Shown here piece after piece: positions 37,587-38,201 of a stretch of 38,201 bases of DNA. The notes beneath the pieces were generated by a model. It saw nothing but the letters and a program-made list of their open reading frames with translations, had not been told where the DNA came from and searched no databases. Every line of letters begins with the position of its first letter. The stretch's first letter is position 1. The position numbers were made by a program, and so were the translations under genes. The DNA is from a virus (Duplodnaviria; Caudoviricetes), in IMG/VR virus record IMGVR_UViG_3300014208_000080, positions 1 through 38,201 of that record; one strand, given 5' to 3'.

Positions 37587-37617
37587 TTGATTTTATATTA
37601 AATGTGCATTAACTTTG
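37587..37617 (+). promoter_or_regulatory. Bacteroidetes-type promoter
   Basis: TTG (37587-37589), 20 nt, TAACTTTG (37610-37617). Confidence 0.55.
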
Positions 37618-37621
37618 CACC

Positions 37622-37691
37622 ATGATTCATTATGCTTACCCCCCATAGTGAATCTTCCCTCGCCCGGTAGCCCTCCACCGGGCATTTTTTT
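37622..37691 (+). ncRNA. candidate ~70-nt small RNA
   Basis: Promoter, then hairpin GATTCATTATG/CATAGTGAATC, then a terminator; no credible ORF. Confidence 0.5.
37662..37691 (+). terminator. intrinsic terminator
   Basis: GCCCGGT / ACCGGGC followed by ATTTTTTT. Confidence 0.88.
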
Positions 37692-38201
37692 ATCCTTGAA
37701 CTTTGAAAATATTGTTGATTACCGTTTGGTAATCTGTTAAAACATTTTAGGTTATAAGAAACTAAAAAATATTATAAGCTGTACCTGATAGTACTAAAGG
37801 TTTCTACCGCGATAAGATCTATCTCGGTGATATCGAAAACTACATCGAAAGAAAACTTCAAGAGTACCAGGACAAACAAAAATCACAAAAATTCAAATTC
37901 CTGATTTTTCAATACTTGAAGTAATAAAATAAATTATTTTCATGATCTTACTCTTCAATTTTTCATTCCCTTGCCTTTAAAACTATAAACAATTTAACTT
38001 CTACTTTCCACTTTTACTCTTAGCAAGATTCACCATACGAGTAATGTGATTCCGAAAACTCAGTATAATTCTCTTGGAAACATGGATAAATATTTTTAGT
38101 TTAATTATACCAATTAAACAAAGTATAATTAAGTAAGGGATAAGTTACTTGCAGAGTTGTTTAAGCACTACATCGAGATCCAAAATAATTCTTCAAAAGC
38201 A

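Larger units (their letters stand above)
1..37691. mobile_element. prophage/temperate phage region with cargo operons
   Basis: Replication, packaging, head, lysis and tail modules are present. Boundaries and att sites are not visible, and it is uncertain whether the right-hand ArdC block belongs to the same element. Confidence 0.85.

Noticed and set aside
37700-37924. Protein-like fragment AVPDSTKGFYRDKIYLGDIENYIERKL...
   Set aside because: No start codon and stops upstream; possibly a relic, but too weak to call.
38000-38201. Minus-strand IKLKIFIHVSKR resembling a tyrosine-integrase C-terminus or att remnant
   Set aside because: The catalytic His and Tyr are absent, the frame is broken, and no matching att repeat was found.
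1-38201. Window as a complete circular genome
   Set aside because: Joining the ends adds only ~23 open codons to the partial nuclease, and no repressor or integrase is present.

Overview
AT-rich temperate tailed-phage (prophage-like) region. The host is probably Ignavibacteria or another FCB-group bacterium, inferred from the QNYPNPFNP-type T9SS sorting domains and the lipoprotein family. Left to right: (1) 1-6284, recombination and replication genes (partial Cas4/RecB-like nuclease, RecT, RusA, DEDDh exonuclease, initiator with internal iterons, DnaB); (2) ~6290-7140, non-coding hairpin array; (3) 7801-11280, two T9SS-sorted cargo genes (+); (4) 11384-14242, packaging genes terS, terL and Mu-like portal on the minus strand, divergent from (5) 14352-27043, Mu-like head, lysis and tail genes with a hidden -1 frameshift chaperone; (6) 27120-33256, a second cargo operon (-) with a lipoprotein relic, a lipoprotein and a T9SS-sorted subtilase, preceded by four palindromes at a 22-bp period; (7) 33771-34506, a ~735-nt fold-back hairpin; (8) 34579-37573, RadC/ArdC leading-region-type genes, then a candidate sRNA. 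The most notable signal is that the two structured non-coding regions carry the same 13-mer, AACCGCTAATCAC, at a hairpin apex and bracket a 27.4-kb block arranged cargo - virion genes - cargo. No integrase, repressor, relaxase or transposase was recognised. All calls come from reading motifs by eye; no searches or folding programs were run.
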